A DNA stretch of 64,000 nt. Source: Octopus vulgaris. Taxonomy: Eukaryota. Made by a program: the position numbers and the translations under genes. Within the stretch, counting starts at the first letter, position 1. Each line of letters starts with the position of its first letter. Below are positions 13,731 to 26,837 of the stretch, in pieces. The notes below the pieces were generated by a model, which saw nothing but the letters and a program-made list of their open reading frames with translations, was not told the origin of the DNA and did not search any database. Location of the stretch: assembly GCA_951406725.2 (NCBI GenBank), contig OX597814.1, forward strand, positions 140,244,001 through 140,308,000, in the 5' to 3' direction.

Positions 13731-14199
13731 GGGTTTCAGCCAGAGGCTGTGGCCATGCTGATGCCCTGCCTTTACTACATCCGGGGAGTCCTATATTTCT
13801 ACAGTCAAATCAATATTTTATGCTTCCAAAATATGCCTATCAATTATTGCATACACATAACATTTCAACCAAGCTAAACAGTTTAGAATTCCATGCTAAA
13901 ATATCTCGTAAATCAGTAGCAGTTCCTTCCCAATTCATCTTGTTGTCTAAATGTCTTTACCGCTTGCTGCAAGATGTAACATATTTATCACCTGCTACAT
14001 TATTGATTTACATATATATATATATATATATATATTATTTAGCAACAGTTTGACTTAGCTCCATGCAACTTAGTTTCGTGGGCTTGTTGAATGATCTTAG
14101 GTTGTCAGGAAGTTTGAGATCTCCAAATGTCTGACAAGCCAAGCTCCTATTAACTGTATTGAGTGTCACTTTCTTTCACATGTCCACTTGTACACGTAC

Positions 14200-14552
14200 A
14201 CACACACACACATGTATATATATGGTGGTTGTATACTCCTTTTGAAGAGTTTGACCACCTCCTGTACCTACACCTTAGGACCATCATGGCATCTAACATG
14301 CCTTTTTAAACCAGACAATGTTTTGAAGAGACATCCACATAGATTGCATATTCGATTTGGACCACCAAGAGCTGAAGTTAAGTTCTGATCTTTGTGGATC
14401 TTAAAATGTCTTTTGAGGCCTTCATTAGATTTGCAGACCTTCTGGCATACGTTGCATTGAAAGGTGTGCACTGACATTGGTGAAGGTTCATTTTCCGTGA
14501 GTCCAGCAAAAGAAAGGCATGATTTGTCACAAACTATACACACTAAAAGGTC
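14200..14552 (-). pseudogene. C2H2 zinc-finger fragment (2 intact fingers, 1 broken), probably a LINE 3' end
   Basis: CNVC-x12-H-x3-H and CNLC-x12-H-x3-H with non-TGEKP linkers. Stop is followed by a short tail running into microsatellite. Confidence 0.65.
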
Positions 14553-14617
14553 ATGATGATGATGATGATGATGATGATGATATATATATACATACACATA
14601 CATACATATACACACAT

Positions 14618-14692
<75 letters not shown>

Positions 14693-15396
14693 TATATATA
14701 TACATACTTATATTCTCATACATATATTCTCATACTTTATATATATATTGAAATTTTCCACCCAAGTTAACAAAGGAAAAACTAGATCCATAACTAAAGT
14801 GTAAAATTTGCATTACTAAAAAATTTTTTAAATGATAAATTAAACTGATTAGAACTACCGGTGAAGTCATTCTTTTTCTTTTTTTGAAATATATATACTC
14901 ATATATAGTGATCATTTGTTTCACACCTAGAAAGCGCTTAGCTGTATAGGCAACTTATCACATATACAACTAAGTGCTTTGTAGGTGCAGAACCAATGGT
15001 CACTTTATGATTAGCCATAACATTTAACGTGCTTCTTTTTCAGACATATGAACTACTGGCGATATATTCATATGTTGGCCTATGGCCTCTGTAAAATATG
15101 GAGAAGGAAATGATTTTTCTTTTGCAGTTGAAATGTTCCATATGTAGAACTGGTCAGCTGGTCAGCAATTTGGTGGAGACCATGTGGACACCATGAAAAA
15201 CTCAGGCCAGCTAGCGGAAAAGTTGTTTTCCTCCATATTTTAAAGAGGCCAACAAGTCTTGAGGTCTGGAGATATTTCATAAAGGTACCCTTTATGGAGT
15301 ATCTTCTGTCATTAAAAGACACACCCTACTGTCATTAAAAAGAAACCCAGGGTAACCCTATAAACCAGTTTTCACCAATAATAAATATATATATAT

Positions 15397-17143
15397 CATC
15401 ATCATCATCGTTTAACGTCCGTTTTCCGCGCTAGCACGGGTTGGACGGTTCGACCGGTGTCTGGGAAGCCAGGGGCTGCACCAGGCTCCAGTCTGATCTG
15501 GCAGTGTTTCTACAGCTGGATGCCCTTCCTAATGCCAACCACTCCGCGAGTGTAGTGGGTGCTTTTTACGTGCCAGGGGAGTCTGACATCGGCCACGATT
15601 GGGTGGTGCTTTTAACGTGCCACCGGCACGGAAGCCAGCCAAGGCGCCGCTGGCATCGGCCACTTTTGGATGGTGCTTTTTATGTTCCACCGGCACAGAA
15701 GCCAGTTGAGGTGGCGCTGGCATCGGCCACATTCAGATGGTGCTTTTTATGTGCCAACGGCACAGAAGTCAGTCGAGGCGGCGCTGGCAACGGCCACGTT
15801 CGGTTGGTGCTTTTTATGTGCCACCGGCACAGAAGCCAGTCGAGGCGGCGCTGGCATCGGCCACATTCAGATGGTACTTTTTATGTGCCAACGGCACAGA
15901 AGCCAGTCAAGGCGGCGCTGGCAACGGCCACGTTCGGATGGTGCTTTTATGTGCCACCAGCACAGGTATCACAACTACTATTTCCATTGATATTTGTTTC
16001 GATGTTGATGTACATGCACTTGACTCAACAGGTCTCCTCAAGCGCAGCTCTGGGATCCAAGGTACTTTGAATGGGCAGGGGCTATGTGGAACTGGTGCCG
16101 GAAGCAGCCCAGGTCTTTGCAGTCACAGCACATCTCCAGAGATCTCGGTCCTTCGCCATCACCTCAGTGAGGCCCAACGCTCTGAGGTCATGCTTGACTA
16201 CCTCATCCCATGTCTTCCTGGGTCTACCTCTCCCCCTGATTCCTTCAACTGTTTGGGAGCGGCACTTCTTCACACATCCCCCCTCATCCATCCGCAGTAC
16301 ATGACCATACCATCGCAAGCGTTGCTCTTGCACACCACATCTGATGCTTCTTATGTCCAGCATTTCTCTCAGGGTGCTTACACTCTGTCGTGCATGCACA
16401 CTGATATTACACATCCAGCGGATCATGCTAGCTTCATTTCTTTGAAGTCTACGCATGTCCTCTGCAGTCATGGCCCATGTTTCACTACCGTGAAACATGG
16501 CAGTTCGCACACATGCATCATACAATCTACCTTTCACTCTGAGTGAGAGACCCTTTGTCGCCAGTAGGGGTTGGAGCTTTCTAAACTTTGCCCAGGCTAT
16601 TCGTATTCTAGTGGTGACACTCTCTGAGCATCCACCTCCACTACTAACTTGGTCACCCAGGTAGCAGAAACTATCAACTACTTCTAGTTTCTCCCCCTAG
16701 AGTGTGATGGAATCTGTTTTCTGAGTATTTGTGGTGTCTATTGTCCCTGTGCATCTGCCGTACATGAACGCTATCTTATCAGTTAATTTCCCTTTGATGT
16801 TGCTGCACCTCTTATGCGTCCATAGCTTACACTGGGTGCATCTTATGGAGTTTCTACCTACACCTTTCCTACAGATCAAGCAGGGCCACCTGCCCAATGG
16901 GGTGTGTGCTGAGTTCGCCTTTCTGCTTACTATAACTTTGGTCTTTGCTACATTTACTCTAAGGCCCTTTGATTCTAACCCTTGTTTCCACACCCGAAAT
17001 TTCTTTTCTAGTTCTGGTAGTGATTCTGCTATGAGAGCCAGGTCATCAGCATAGAGGAGCTCCCAGGGGCAACCTGTTTTGAATTCCTCTGTTATTGCCT
17101 GGAGGACTATGATGAATAAAAGGGGACTGAGGGCTGAGCCTTG

Positions 17144-17146
<3 letters not shown>
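15397..17146 (-). mobile_element. 5'-truncated RTE-clade LINE (RT C-terminal half, 3' UTR, (GAT)n tail)
   Basis: HQGSALSPLLF..WELLYADDL..GLRVNVAKTK..FCYLG..HGSETW..RLRWYGHVLR..GRGRPRKTW all in one frame, with a single TAG at 16697-16699. Confidence 0.93.
15590..15965. repeat. 67-bp minisatellite (about 5.5 copies) in the LINE 3' UTR
   Basis: Unit atggtgctttttatgtgccaccggcacagaagccagtcgaggcggcgctggc.. recurs at 15670, 15737, 15804, 15871, 15938. Confidence 0.9.
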
Positions 17147-17185
<39 letters not shown>

Positions 17186-17340
17186 CTATAAATGTATATA
17201 TATATACATATATATCACTGTGACGTCACCGTGACCGACCAGGCTATCAGATGTTGCTACACATCGCTGGTCACAATGCACTTCACATTGTTTTAGCCTT
17301 CAAATGACACCATCCCGCTGGCTAAGTGAGCAGGCCATGG

Positions 17341-17655
17341 CCGTTTGCCAGCTCTGTCTGGCCCCGTGTCGGTGGCACGTAAAAGCACCATCCGTTCGTG
17401 TCCGTTGCCAGCATCGCCTGGCCCCGTGCCGGTGACACGTAAAAGCACCAACCGTTCGTGGCCGTTCGCCAACTCTGTCTGGCACCTGTGCAGGTGGCAC
17501 GTAAAAAACACCCACTACACTTGTGGAGTGGTTGGCGTTAGGAAGGACATCCAGCCGTAGAAACACTGCCAGATCTGACTGGGCCTGACGAAGCCTTCCA
17601 GCTTCACAGACCCCAGTTGACCCGTCCAACCCATGATGATGATGATGATGATGAT
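17341..17655 (+). mobile_element. RTE 3' UTR fragment with 60-bp repeats and (GAT)n tail, inverted relative to the 15397 copy
   Basis: Reverse-complement similarity to 15397-15965; ends ccgtccaacccatgatgatgat. Confidence 0.8.
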
Positions 17656-20600
17656 ATATATATATACACACACACACACATCGTATATATATATGTGCCT
17701 ATATACATATACACATCATATATCTATATATTTGTGTATATATATATGTGTGTGTGTGTCTGTATGTGTATATATGTATGTATATTTTATATTGGTCATC
17801 TTTGTCATGTAACTTACTCTTCATGATGCACCTGACTGAATTTCATTTTGGGATATGTTCTTGTTTTTAGGGAGAGCTTAATACATAAATTACTTCACAA
17901 TCAATATTTTTCAACCCAGCATATTAGACACCACTCAGCCCATCCATTAGTATTCAATCTATTTGGTTGGCCAATATAGAGACTAAATTTAAGATCAACA
18001 CAAGAGCTCTATTTAAGTGTAACTCAATTCAAACAGGAAATTACTAAGTCAAGGCACAAAAATATTTTGATAATGCTTTGAATGATTGAGATTATCATGA
18101 CAATAGATATGTCAATGATAAAGAAGATAACTGCAGCTATAAATATGATGCTTGTGAAGACAATAACACTCTTAATAACTAACAGGAAACAACAACACTA
18201 TGAGGGAGCCTTTACATGGTTGCTCAACCTGTTAGGCTAGAAACAGCAGTCAAACCTCCTTCAAAATACACCTTACTAGCTTAAAGGGGGAAAGAAGTCA
18301 GATTTGATAATGGTGGTCTTAGTTATTCCTAAAGAAGTGTGGGATGATCCTAGTTGGGATGGTTTTTTTCATAGGTCTCAATATGAGGGTAAGCAATAAC
18401 AACACTGACTACAAGTTACATAGGGACCCTTTATGTCATCACTTGATCTATTAGAAAGAGTAGTCAAATATCTCTTAAACCACACCCCACTGTCGTTAAA
18501 AAGTAATAGATGTACTATGTAGTCCTAGATACAGTATATCTGAAATTGACCAAGGGATTATGACTAGATGACTTTTGACTGTAAGTTTGCTTGATCAGAC
18601 CTGACCTGGGGCTAAACAACACTATGATAAAAAATTGAAAATAATAATTATAAGGAAAACAATGTGATAAATAACTGAGAACAGTGATAATGACATTATC
18701 ACTGAGTGAAATATCACAAACAACAGCTTTATCATTATACTAAATATAATAATAATAGGTTACAGTTTGATGTTTATATATATATATATCTAGAATGGAA
18801 AATATATATATGTCTACCAAGCAGTATATACTGTAAATTTGATTATTTGAAATCAGGCCATTACCCTATAATAGGAACTGCTCTAAGAAATAGTTTAAGG
18901 AGACTTCCTGTATTTGATCATCCTGATTATCATAAAATAATTGAATCAGGAACCACATGTAATATTTCAAAACTATGGAATTGAAAGCTGGTATTGAAAA
19001 CTTTTCAAGTGTGAGCAAGAGTTCTGATCACCATTTATCAGGGCAATGTCACAAAAATTAGCATACAGTAATATCTTAGTTAACACTTTTCCATTTAGCA
19101 TAGATTTTCTGTAGCAATCTGTTTTCCAAGAGACTATGTCTTCGGCAGAGCCTGTAGATGCTCCATATTTCATATATTTTCTAACTTTTATTTAGATGCA
19201 TTAATTTATATATAACATTGTTTTATTATATTGAATATTTGTATGATGATGAGCTAAACAATAGATTGAGGTTATTAATAAATAAAAGTAAATCATGCTA
19301 TTGCTGTGTCAGAGGAGAACTAAATCATCTCTGAAATTGCCTTGTTTGGACTTTTCTCAAATTAATCCTCACAGATTAAATTTTTGTGCACTAACATGCA
19401 GATACTGAATAAATCTGTTAGAATTGGTTAAGCATGTGTACTATGTATGAAATGGGGGGAATTCCAGAAAGTAATCTGCTATCAAAAATGTGTTAATTCA
19501 TTTCCCATATCTCAAGTGCACACACAGAGCACTGTGCATACTCAGTTTTCACACAGTTCTCACACAGTAAGGGTTAAGAAATTGCTCTTTATTCATGCTT
19601 TCTCATTGATTCTTTTGTCAGTTCTTCCTCATATCCTGTCTACTGTTCTTCATTCATATTATTTAATAGCTGCTCTCTCTTTCAAAGTTGTCACATATAA
19701 TCTGCTCACTGTTCACCATTCATGAACTTTCTTCATATTTGTTGGCTTTCCCTTTTACACCAAAGGTATCTCATACATTCATATTCAGTTGTGTTGGCTC
19801 TTTTTAGTTGATAGTTTTGTCTTAAACATTCTCTTATAACCTTTGTTCTTTCCTCATCCTTTAACTGTATCATTTCATTCTTCCTGTTGATGTTTCAAGT
19901 CTTCAGTTTTATTCCATATTCTGAAATGAGAATAAACTTTGTTCCAACACTCAGTGCTCTGAGTTCATATCTCACTGAGGTCAGCTTTATCTTTCATTCT
20001 TTTGAGGTAATAAAAATGTATCAATCCAAGGAAATAGATTAGCAGATGTCTTGCATTCTAAGTTCAAATCCTGCCATAGCCTATTTGGGAAGTCGATCTA
20101 ATTGGTCAACTGATTTACCACCACCATTTGGCACTGTGGTTGCCTTTAGCAGAGTCCACTTTGTTGCAACTATTCAGGCCAGGTTTCTGGTTTAAAGATA
20201 GCTTCTCTTTCACCCATCTTGGCAGCCAGGTTATGGGCACTATCTTCATCATCATCATCAACCCATAGACATTACTATGTCAAGTCCTAAGGCTCATAAG
20301 GCTGGTTACTCTGTTTCTGTTGTTTATCAGTGACTAAGATCACAACATTCCCTTCAAACAGGACACCAGTCCATCATAAGGATATTCATTTACAACAGAA
20401 TGGATTGGACCAGCATGAAATGAGGTGTTTTGCTCATGAACACAATATGCTCCTTGGTCTGGGAATTGAAATCATGATCTTGTGGTTGTGAGGGCAACAC
20501 TCTAACCACCAGCCAGACCATGTTTCTTCATTGCCTCCCCTCTTGACTGAAGGATAAAGGAAATATTCTATAACATTAGACCCTATAACTTAATGTCACA

Positions 20601-21695
20601 ATGTATAACATTACATTGTGTGATGTTATTTAAAGTTAAGATTTTGGAGGATGTGAAAGTGAATAACTGAATTTTTCAGCCTTTTGATGATATTTATTAC
20701 TTTCATTTGTGTTCGAATCACTGTTAAAAATAGCCTATCAAGCTTGTATCTCTATGCTATGTTATAATGACCTCGTATAGCACTGTATCTACAAAGCTAT
20801 CCGAGGTATTAATATCCTTGGTATGTGGGAAGTAGTGAGGAAGCACAATATCAAGCAAGTTAAAAGCAACGAATGGAGAGATAGACAGAGAGGAATAAAG
20901 CAAAATTTGATTTTTAGAAATGAGTTACTGTTAGGTGGTAAAAAATTTTATAGAAACTTGTTGAGGAAATAGTTTGTATTAACAACACCTAGTTGCTACA
21001 AGATATTTTTCTTTGAAGATTTTTTTTCCTCAGCATGGCCCAAAAATGTCTTGAGATGCAGATATTAAACAGTTTGATCTTTTCATATTGGAATCACATT
21101 TGCTTCTTATTTAATATTTAATTTAAAATAGAGATTATCTTTTCTACGTTATACGGTATATTGCCACATTATACTTTATATTGTTTTATTTCGTGTATTT
21201 CTATAATGTAAGTGTATTTTCGTAAAATAATACAGAATAACAACACTCTCATAAGTATGCTGTTTTCTTATTAAAATGTGCATTCTATATGAATATGTGA
21301 AACCAAGGAAAATATATTAAGGGTTGACTTAAGGATATTAATGAAAGAGTATAGGTAACACTACATTACATTTAAGTAGTAGATTGGCAGAATCATTAAA
21401 GCATCAGACAAAATTCTTGCAGCATTTAATTACAGCCCTTATGTTCTGAGTTCAGATCGCACAAAGGTCAGTTTTGTCCTTTTATCTTTCTACAGTCAAT
21501 AAAATAAAGTACCAATCAAGTTCTGAGGTTAATTCAATATTCCTGTAATGTATCACAGATGTAAATAGAATTTTAATAAATGGCATTATCTTGATAATTA
21601 AAAAGAAGTTTAAACGTCAAAAAAATTATGGTGGGTACATCTTTTAGAAATAGGATTTTAAAATAAATAATGCAATCTAAGGAATATATTATATA

Positions 21696-21734
<39 letters not shown>

Positions 21735-21792
21735 GATGATTGCTAAATAAGGTACATTTCTTTCACCTGTTCATTGTCCTGCTTGGTTCTAG

Positions 21793-21828
21793 ACGTCGGC
21801 CCAGTATTGCCAGCATTGGTGTTTCATT
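21793..21828 (+). CDS. Candidate 36-nt micro-exon of the SLC4 gene (RRPSIASIGVS-L)
   Basis: cttggttctag|ACGTCGGCCCAGTATTGCCAGCATTGGTGTTTCATT|gtaagta. Phase 2-2, in frame with the phase-2 acceptor at 38285. Confidence 0.72.
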
Positions 21829-22579
21829 GTAAGTACTGCATGTTCTTTCCCCTCTCTCGATATATAGAACTATTACTAACATCAACAACATATTAAATAA
21901 TGTCATCAATAACATTCCCTTCTATTGGTGTTGTTTTTTTATCCTTTCAAATTAGTCTTGGACAAATATTTGTTAGAATTTTTTTTTTTTTTGGTATGGT
22001 TTTCATTTCTATTTTTTGTGTTAGTTATAGATCAGAATAAATTACTACAACCCAAAAAAGAACCCCCATTTTTATTGGACTTTTATATCTAAAGAAAAAA
22101 AAACAACTTTAAATAACAGATATCTGAGATGAATTCTTTATTCTGCTATTACTGCATTTAGTTAACCTCTGACTAGTCTAGACTCTCTCTTTCTCTGCAC
22201 CAACTTTCATTTCTATCACCCTTGCCTTTCACCTGCATGTCATTCATTACAAAAATATATTCATAAACTCACCACCTCCTCTGTCTCATCTATATATATA
22301 CTCTCTTTTCTCATTTCATTTGTTTACATGTGCTTCTGCAGTCATATTTCAATGATTTGTCATTGATTTTTGTTCAATCATGTTTGTTGAGCTGTCTAAA
22401 TTCTTTCATATCATTTTGCACACATTTATCTCCAAACTTTAAAATAAGCAACATTTTTTTTGTGTCTATCTCATTCAGTTTCTTTATTGTTATATAATTA
22501 TAAATTGTGGAATATGTTCATATTACACACACACACATGTATATATACATACAGTTTGTAATATATATATATATTTATA

Positions 22580-22796
22580 TCATGTGTTCATGTGACCAAC
22601 CAGGCTATCAAATGCTGTTACTCATCATTCCTCACAATGCATTGTTTTAGCCTTCAAATGATGCCACCCTGCTGGCTAGGTGAGCAGGCCAACATTCCTC
22701 CCTGATCAGGGGTGTCATTTCAAGGTTAAAACAATGCAAAAGTGCATTGTGACCAGCAGTGAGTAACAACATCTAATAGCCTGATGATCACGTGAT
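22580..22796. mobile_element. Foldback/MITE with long TIRs; single arms also at 17216-17338 and 53677-53794
   Basis: Left roughly 90 bp is an imperfect reverse complement of the right roughly 90 bp; all copies abut (TA)n. Confidence 0.7.
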
Positions 22797-23317
22797 ATAT
22801 AGTGTATATGCATGTGTTGTATGTGAATTATTGATGCACATAGTTTAAAAAGTATCAATTTAATTGATGAATATATTGAAAAAAACTGATGGTTTATATG
22901 CATATATTTTGCATTTGTGATAGATATTTTTGTCATCAGAGAATTCCATATTTACATTTTACCCATTTAGAAAAAATTATTACACCCAGAGATTTTGGTT
23001 TCAGAAGTTGCTTTTAAAAATACACATACATTTTCTTTTTGTTTTGTTTTAAGATTTACACTTTTCAGCAATTATAAAAAAAATTAGAAAGTTCTTTTTT
23101 TCTTCAAGCATTCTACAATATTTTAGAATGTTCAAGAATCTAGTTTGTTTTGAAATTTTTTTTCTTTTCCTGTTTTTAATATAAAAGAGAAATGTGTGTT
23201 AATAATTCAATAATTTCTCTCTGTCAAATGTATCAAAAGAACAAGTAGTCTAAACTAATTACTATTACTCTCCAAAAAAAGAAAATGAAAATTCAAAATC
23301 ACTACTCTAATCTACAG

Positions 23318-23797
23318 AAGAGGTGGGCGACCATTTTAGTACCAGGCACAAATGACAAATGCTTCAGAACCTCTTGGAAATGGGGCAGACATATGTACTG
23401 AGAAAACTAATGAATCTTTCAAGCAAAAATTAACACTGGAAATGTTTTATCCCACACAGAAACTGCAGGAGCTATTCAAAGGTTTTGCAAACTTTTCTAA
23501 ATCTATAGCAGTGTTGGAAACCATTCTGTATCATTAGTAGGTATCTCAGGGTCACAAACATTTTGCCCCTTAGCCTCTACACTTTGCCTGAGTGAGACAG
23601 TGAGGACTGAATTAGTCTACATTTGTGGAAGGGTTCCACTTTAATTGTATCAAATCATAATAAGTATACAACTGAAATTTAATTACTGTTTTGGCCTTAA
23701 AGGTTAAATCAATATTTTTCTTTCTTTTATTGAGTTTTAGAGACTTACATCGGTAGACAGTTTTAAATTTGCATGAATGAAGGTTTCCCCACCCCTG
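23318..23797. mobile_element. Older hAT MITE
   Basis: Ends aagaggtgggcgacc / ggtttccccacccctg; 7-of-8 TSD atctacag/ttctacag. Confidence 0.65.
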
Positions 23798-24899
23798 TTC
23801 TACAGAAACAGAATTTCTTCAACACTTTAAACTGTTTATTCAGAATAAAGAAGAACATGCCCAGACATAATAAAGAGAATTTTTAGATAATGAACTAATG
23901 AGTGAGTCTCTATGCAATCACTCAAACTGCTAAAATTAGCAGATAAATCTTCCTCAAATCTTTATCCTACTGTCTTAAAATAAGAAAGACATTAGGTACA
24001 CTGCATTCTTGCATAGGCATCACTCTCTGGCATGAATGACTTGGTGGCATGTACCATGCTTTCACTTATTGTTTTAAGTGCTTGTGTAGTCACAAATAGA
24101 TATAAACATTCTCTTGGCCCTCCCAGCTTAGATTCAATGTGATTGAATATGTGACAGCTAGAGGGAAAGAGAGTTGCACCAGCATTCAGCTTATACTCAA
24201 TTTTCAGCTGTTGTGAAATGAAGTACCTTGCTCAAAGACACAGGAATCAAACCCACAAGTTCAACATCTTAACCACTAGGTCATGTGCCTTCACATTAGG
24301 CACTCTACATCTTTCAGGGGGATTTTGTTTTTGCAGATAAGATATGTTCTGTCTGTAAAATAAAAAACAAAAAATGATACAGGATGGACATGGCCAAATT
24401 AGCTTAGGCCATGGGTCTGCTTGATTAGAACTAGTTAGGAGTTAAGCAACAATTAAAATACTAGTTGTTTGCCAAGGATTAAAGGAACTGGGTTAGAAGA
24501 TTGTGATGAGTAATTACCAAATCATTGAAGATCTTTAAAATGCAATGTGTATGTCCCAGCAGTTGCTGCTTCATTAATTAGAGACTGATAAAGGGACAGT
24601 GGTATTTAATGAGGACAGTGCTTTTGCAATATATTGAAGGAATGAAAGAGGTACATTGATAAAAGCAACACTATTTTAGTGCTATTCATGAGGGAACATT
24701 TTAAAAGACAATTAATACTAAGAAATCACTAGTATAGAAATATCATTAAGATGTTTTCCTTGCAATGTAAAACAATCAGAATTTAGAACCTTTATGATTA
24801 AGTTTAGTTTTTAAAACATTGATTGATTATTGATTCTTTTTTATTATTATCATTATCATCATCATCACCATCAACATCACCACCAGTACCACCACCATT

Positions 24900-25830
24900 A
24901 TCATGCATGGGTTGGACGTTGTCTTCTCCAGCATGGTGTTTCATCAGTTGTCATAATCACTCTCATCATCCCTTTTGAAGAGGCTCAACAACTTTAGACT
25001 CACTTTCACCACCTCAGCCTTTAACAACTGCCTATCCCAGTTAGTATAAGTCTCTAGGGCTTGTGTATTCACTTGATTAAGTGTCCTTGTTGGTTTTCTA
25101 AATTTAATGTTGTAGTATAGTTAGGTCATTTGTGTCACTGAGCTCCAACAGCCTTGAACCCTCTCCTACTCATTCCTTGTTCCATATCCTTAACTTCCAT
25201 GTACTTTAGTGTTGCCCAGTATGTCCCTTAAAATCATCAGCCTCTAAGAAGTTCTCATAGAAATGGGCTTTTGCTCAGGATATTAATGAAATTATTATTT
25301 GTCAGTCCTGGTGTTATTTTATTGCCCATGATTCAGCTAAGCTTAATTATGCTGTCACATAATCTGGTTACCTCATTTATTTTATCTATCCATTTCTCTG
25401 TCAATAGAATACCTAATCCACCCACCCAAAGGGATTTAGATTTATGTTCCTTGCTTATGAAGCAACTGGCTAAAGCTTCTCCTCTACTACCTTCTAACCT
25501 CATACACATATCCACTCTCCCTACTCCGATACCTTAATATCTCTATACCTACTTTTCATCATAACATTGATGATGGCAGCTCTGAAGTTTTGTATCTGAA
25601 AGAAAGAGATGAGGCTTTCCGCTGCTGGTTGGATTGTTGTTTCATGTGTATGTTCTGCATCTCAAAAAAAATGGGGGTGTTTATGTTCTTTTTGCTCCAA
25701 GCTCTTCCATTGCTAGGAATTCAGTCACTCCAAACCAACCACCAGCACCCCTATGGCTCTTCACCCAGTCATATAAACTCGAACCCACCAGTCTTCTGTG
25801 ATCATCTTTCCTACTTCTCTACCTCCATCC
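24900..25830 (-). mobile_element. Highly decayed LINE (AP-endonuclease region)
   Basis: Remnant GGLGILLTEKWIDKINEVTRLCDSIIKL resembles RTE APE; RTE-type tail near 24900. Boundaries approximate. Confidence 0.5.
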
Positions 25831-26837
25831 ATTTCTTTTGTAATATTTCTATATATTAAGGCAGCGAGCTGGCAGAAACGTTAGCATGCCGGATGAAATG
25901 CTTAGCAGTATTTCATCTGTCTTTATATTCTGAGTTCAAATTCCATCGAGGTCAACTTTACTTTTTATCTTTTATCCTTTCAGGGTTGATAAATTAAGTA
26001 CCAGTTGCAAACTGGGGTCAATCTAATCAACTGGTCTTTGTAGAAAAGAATATTTCTATATAATTTTCAGTATTCCTAGTTTTTACTTTGGTTCCTGCTT
26101 TTCATATCATGAAATGTTTTTAGATTAAAAAGTATAATTTGTGATCTCTATGTTCATAGATATATTCAACATATGAACAAATAATATACATGCAAATCAG
26201 CAATGGTTGGTTTCAATATATTCATCCACCCATTAATGCCTTTTACTCATTTTTAAAGTGACTCCCACATGCACACACACATTTCTCCCTCTGAAACACT
26301 GTATTTCATTTCTTTTGCACACTTTCATCTGTAATGTTTTTTTCATTTCATGTTTTCAAATCATTTGATGATTTTGAAGTTTTTCTATTAATTATTAATA
26401 CATGAACTTTCTCACATATATATAAATGGAACAAAAAATGCAATAGAGGGCATTAAAACATTCGGACAGATAGATGACACAAAGGCAGACAAAGGAAACA
26501 ACAATTAGAAGGACAGGCAAAAAAAGACGGGTCATTCTTGGCTTTCTTTCTTCAGTCAAGTACCAGAAGTCACGACCATTTCGGACAGTTGCACCTGAGA
26601 TGGTTCAATCTGGTTGTTCCCAATAAAGTCTAAGCTAAGAGCATTAGACCCCTTTGTAAGAAAGTTAGTGAATGTATATGGCAGTACATCCACATGTGTG
26701 AGTATAAAATACACCAAAATAATGCAATGGTACCCCTTAAGTAAGTTGGGGTTTTGTTAAAACAATTTATTCAGTTCCACACACTGTGTAAAAAGTTAGA
26801 AATCTTTTCCCCTTTACAATTTATCTTTACACTTTAA

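Noticed and set aside
15590-15965. CRISPR-like regular repeats
   Set aside because: Whole units repeat with no unique spacers, there are no cas genes, and the context is a eukaryotic LINE.
15441-16546. Plus-strand ORFs of 209 and 269 aa with repeated motifs
   Set aside because: Read-through of the 67-bp minisatellite and the antisense of the LINE RT.
26420-26700. Minus-strand CTGAAGA and CCGAAA motifs
   Set aside because: Could not build consistent hammerhead stems.
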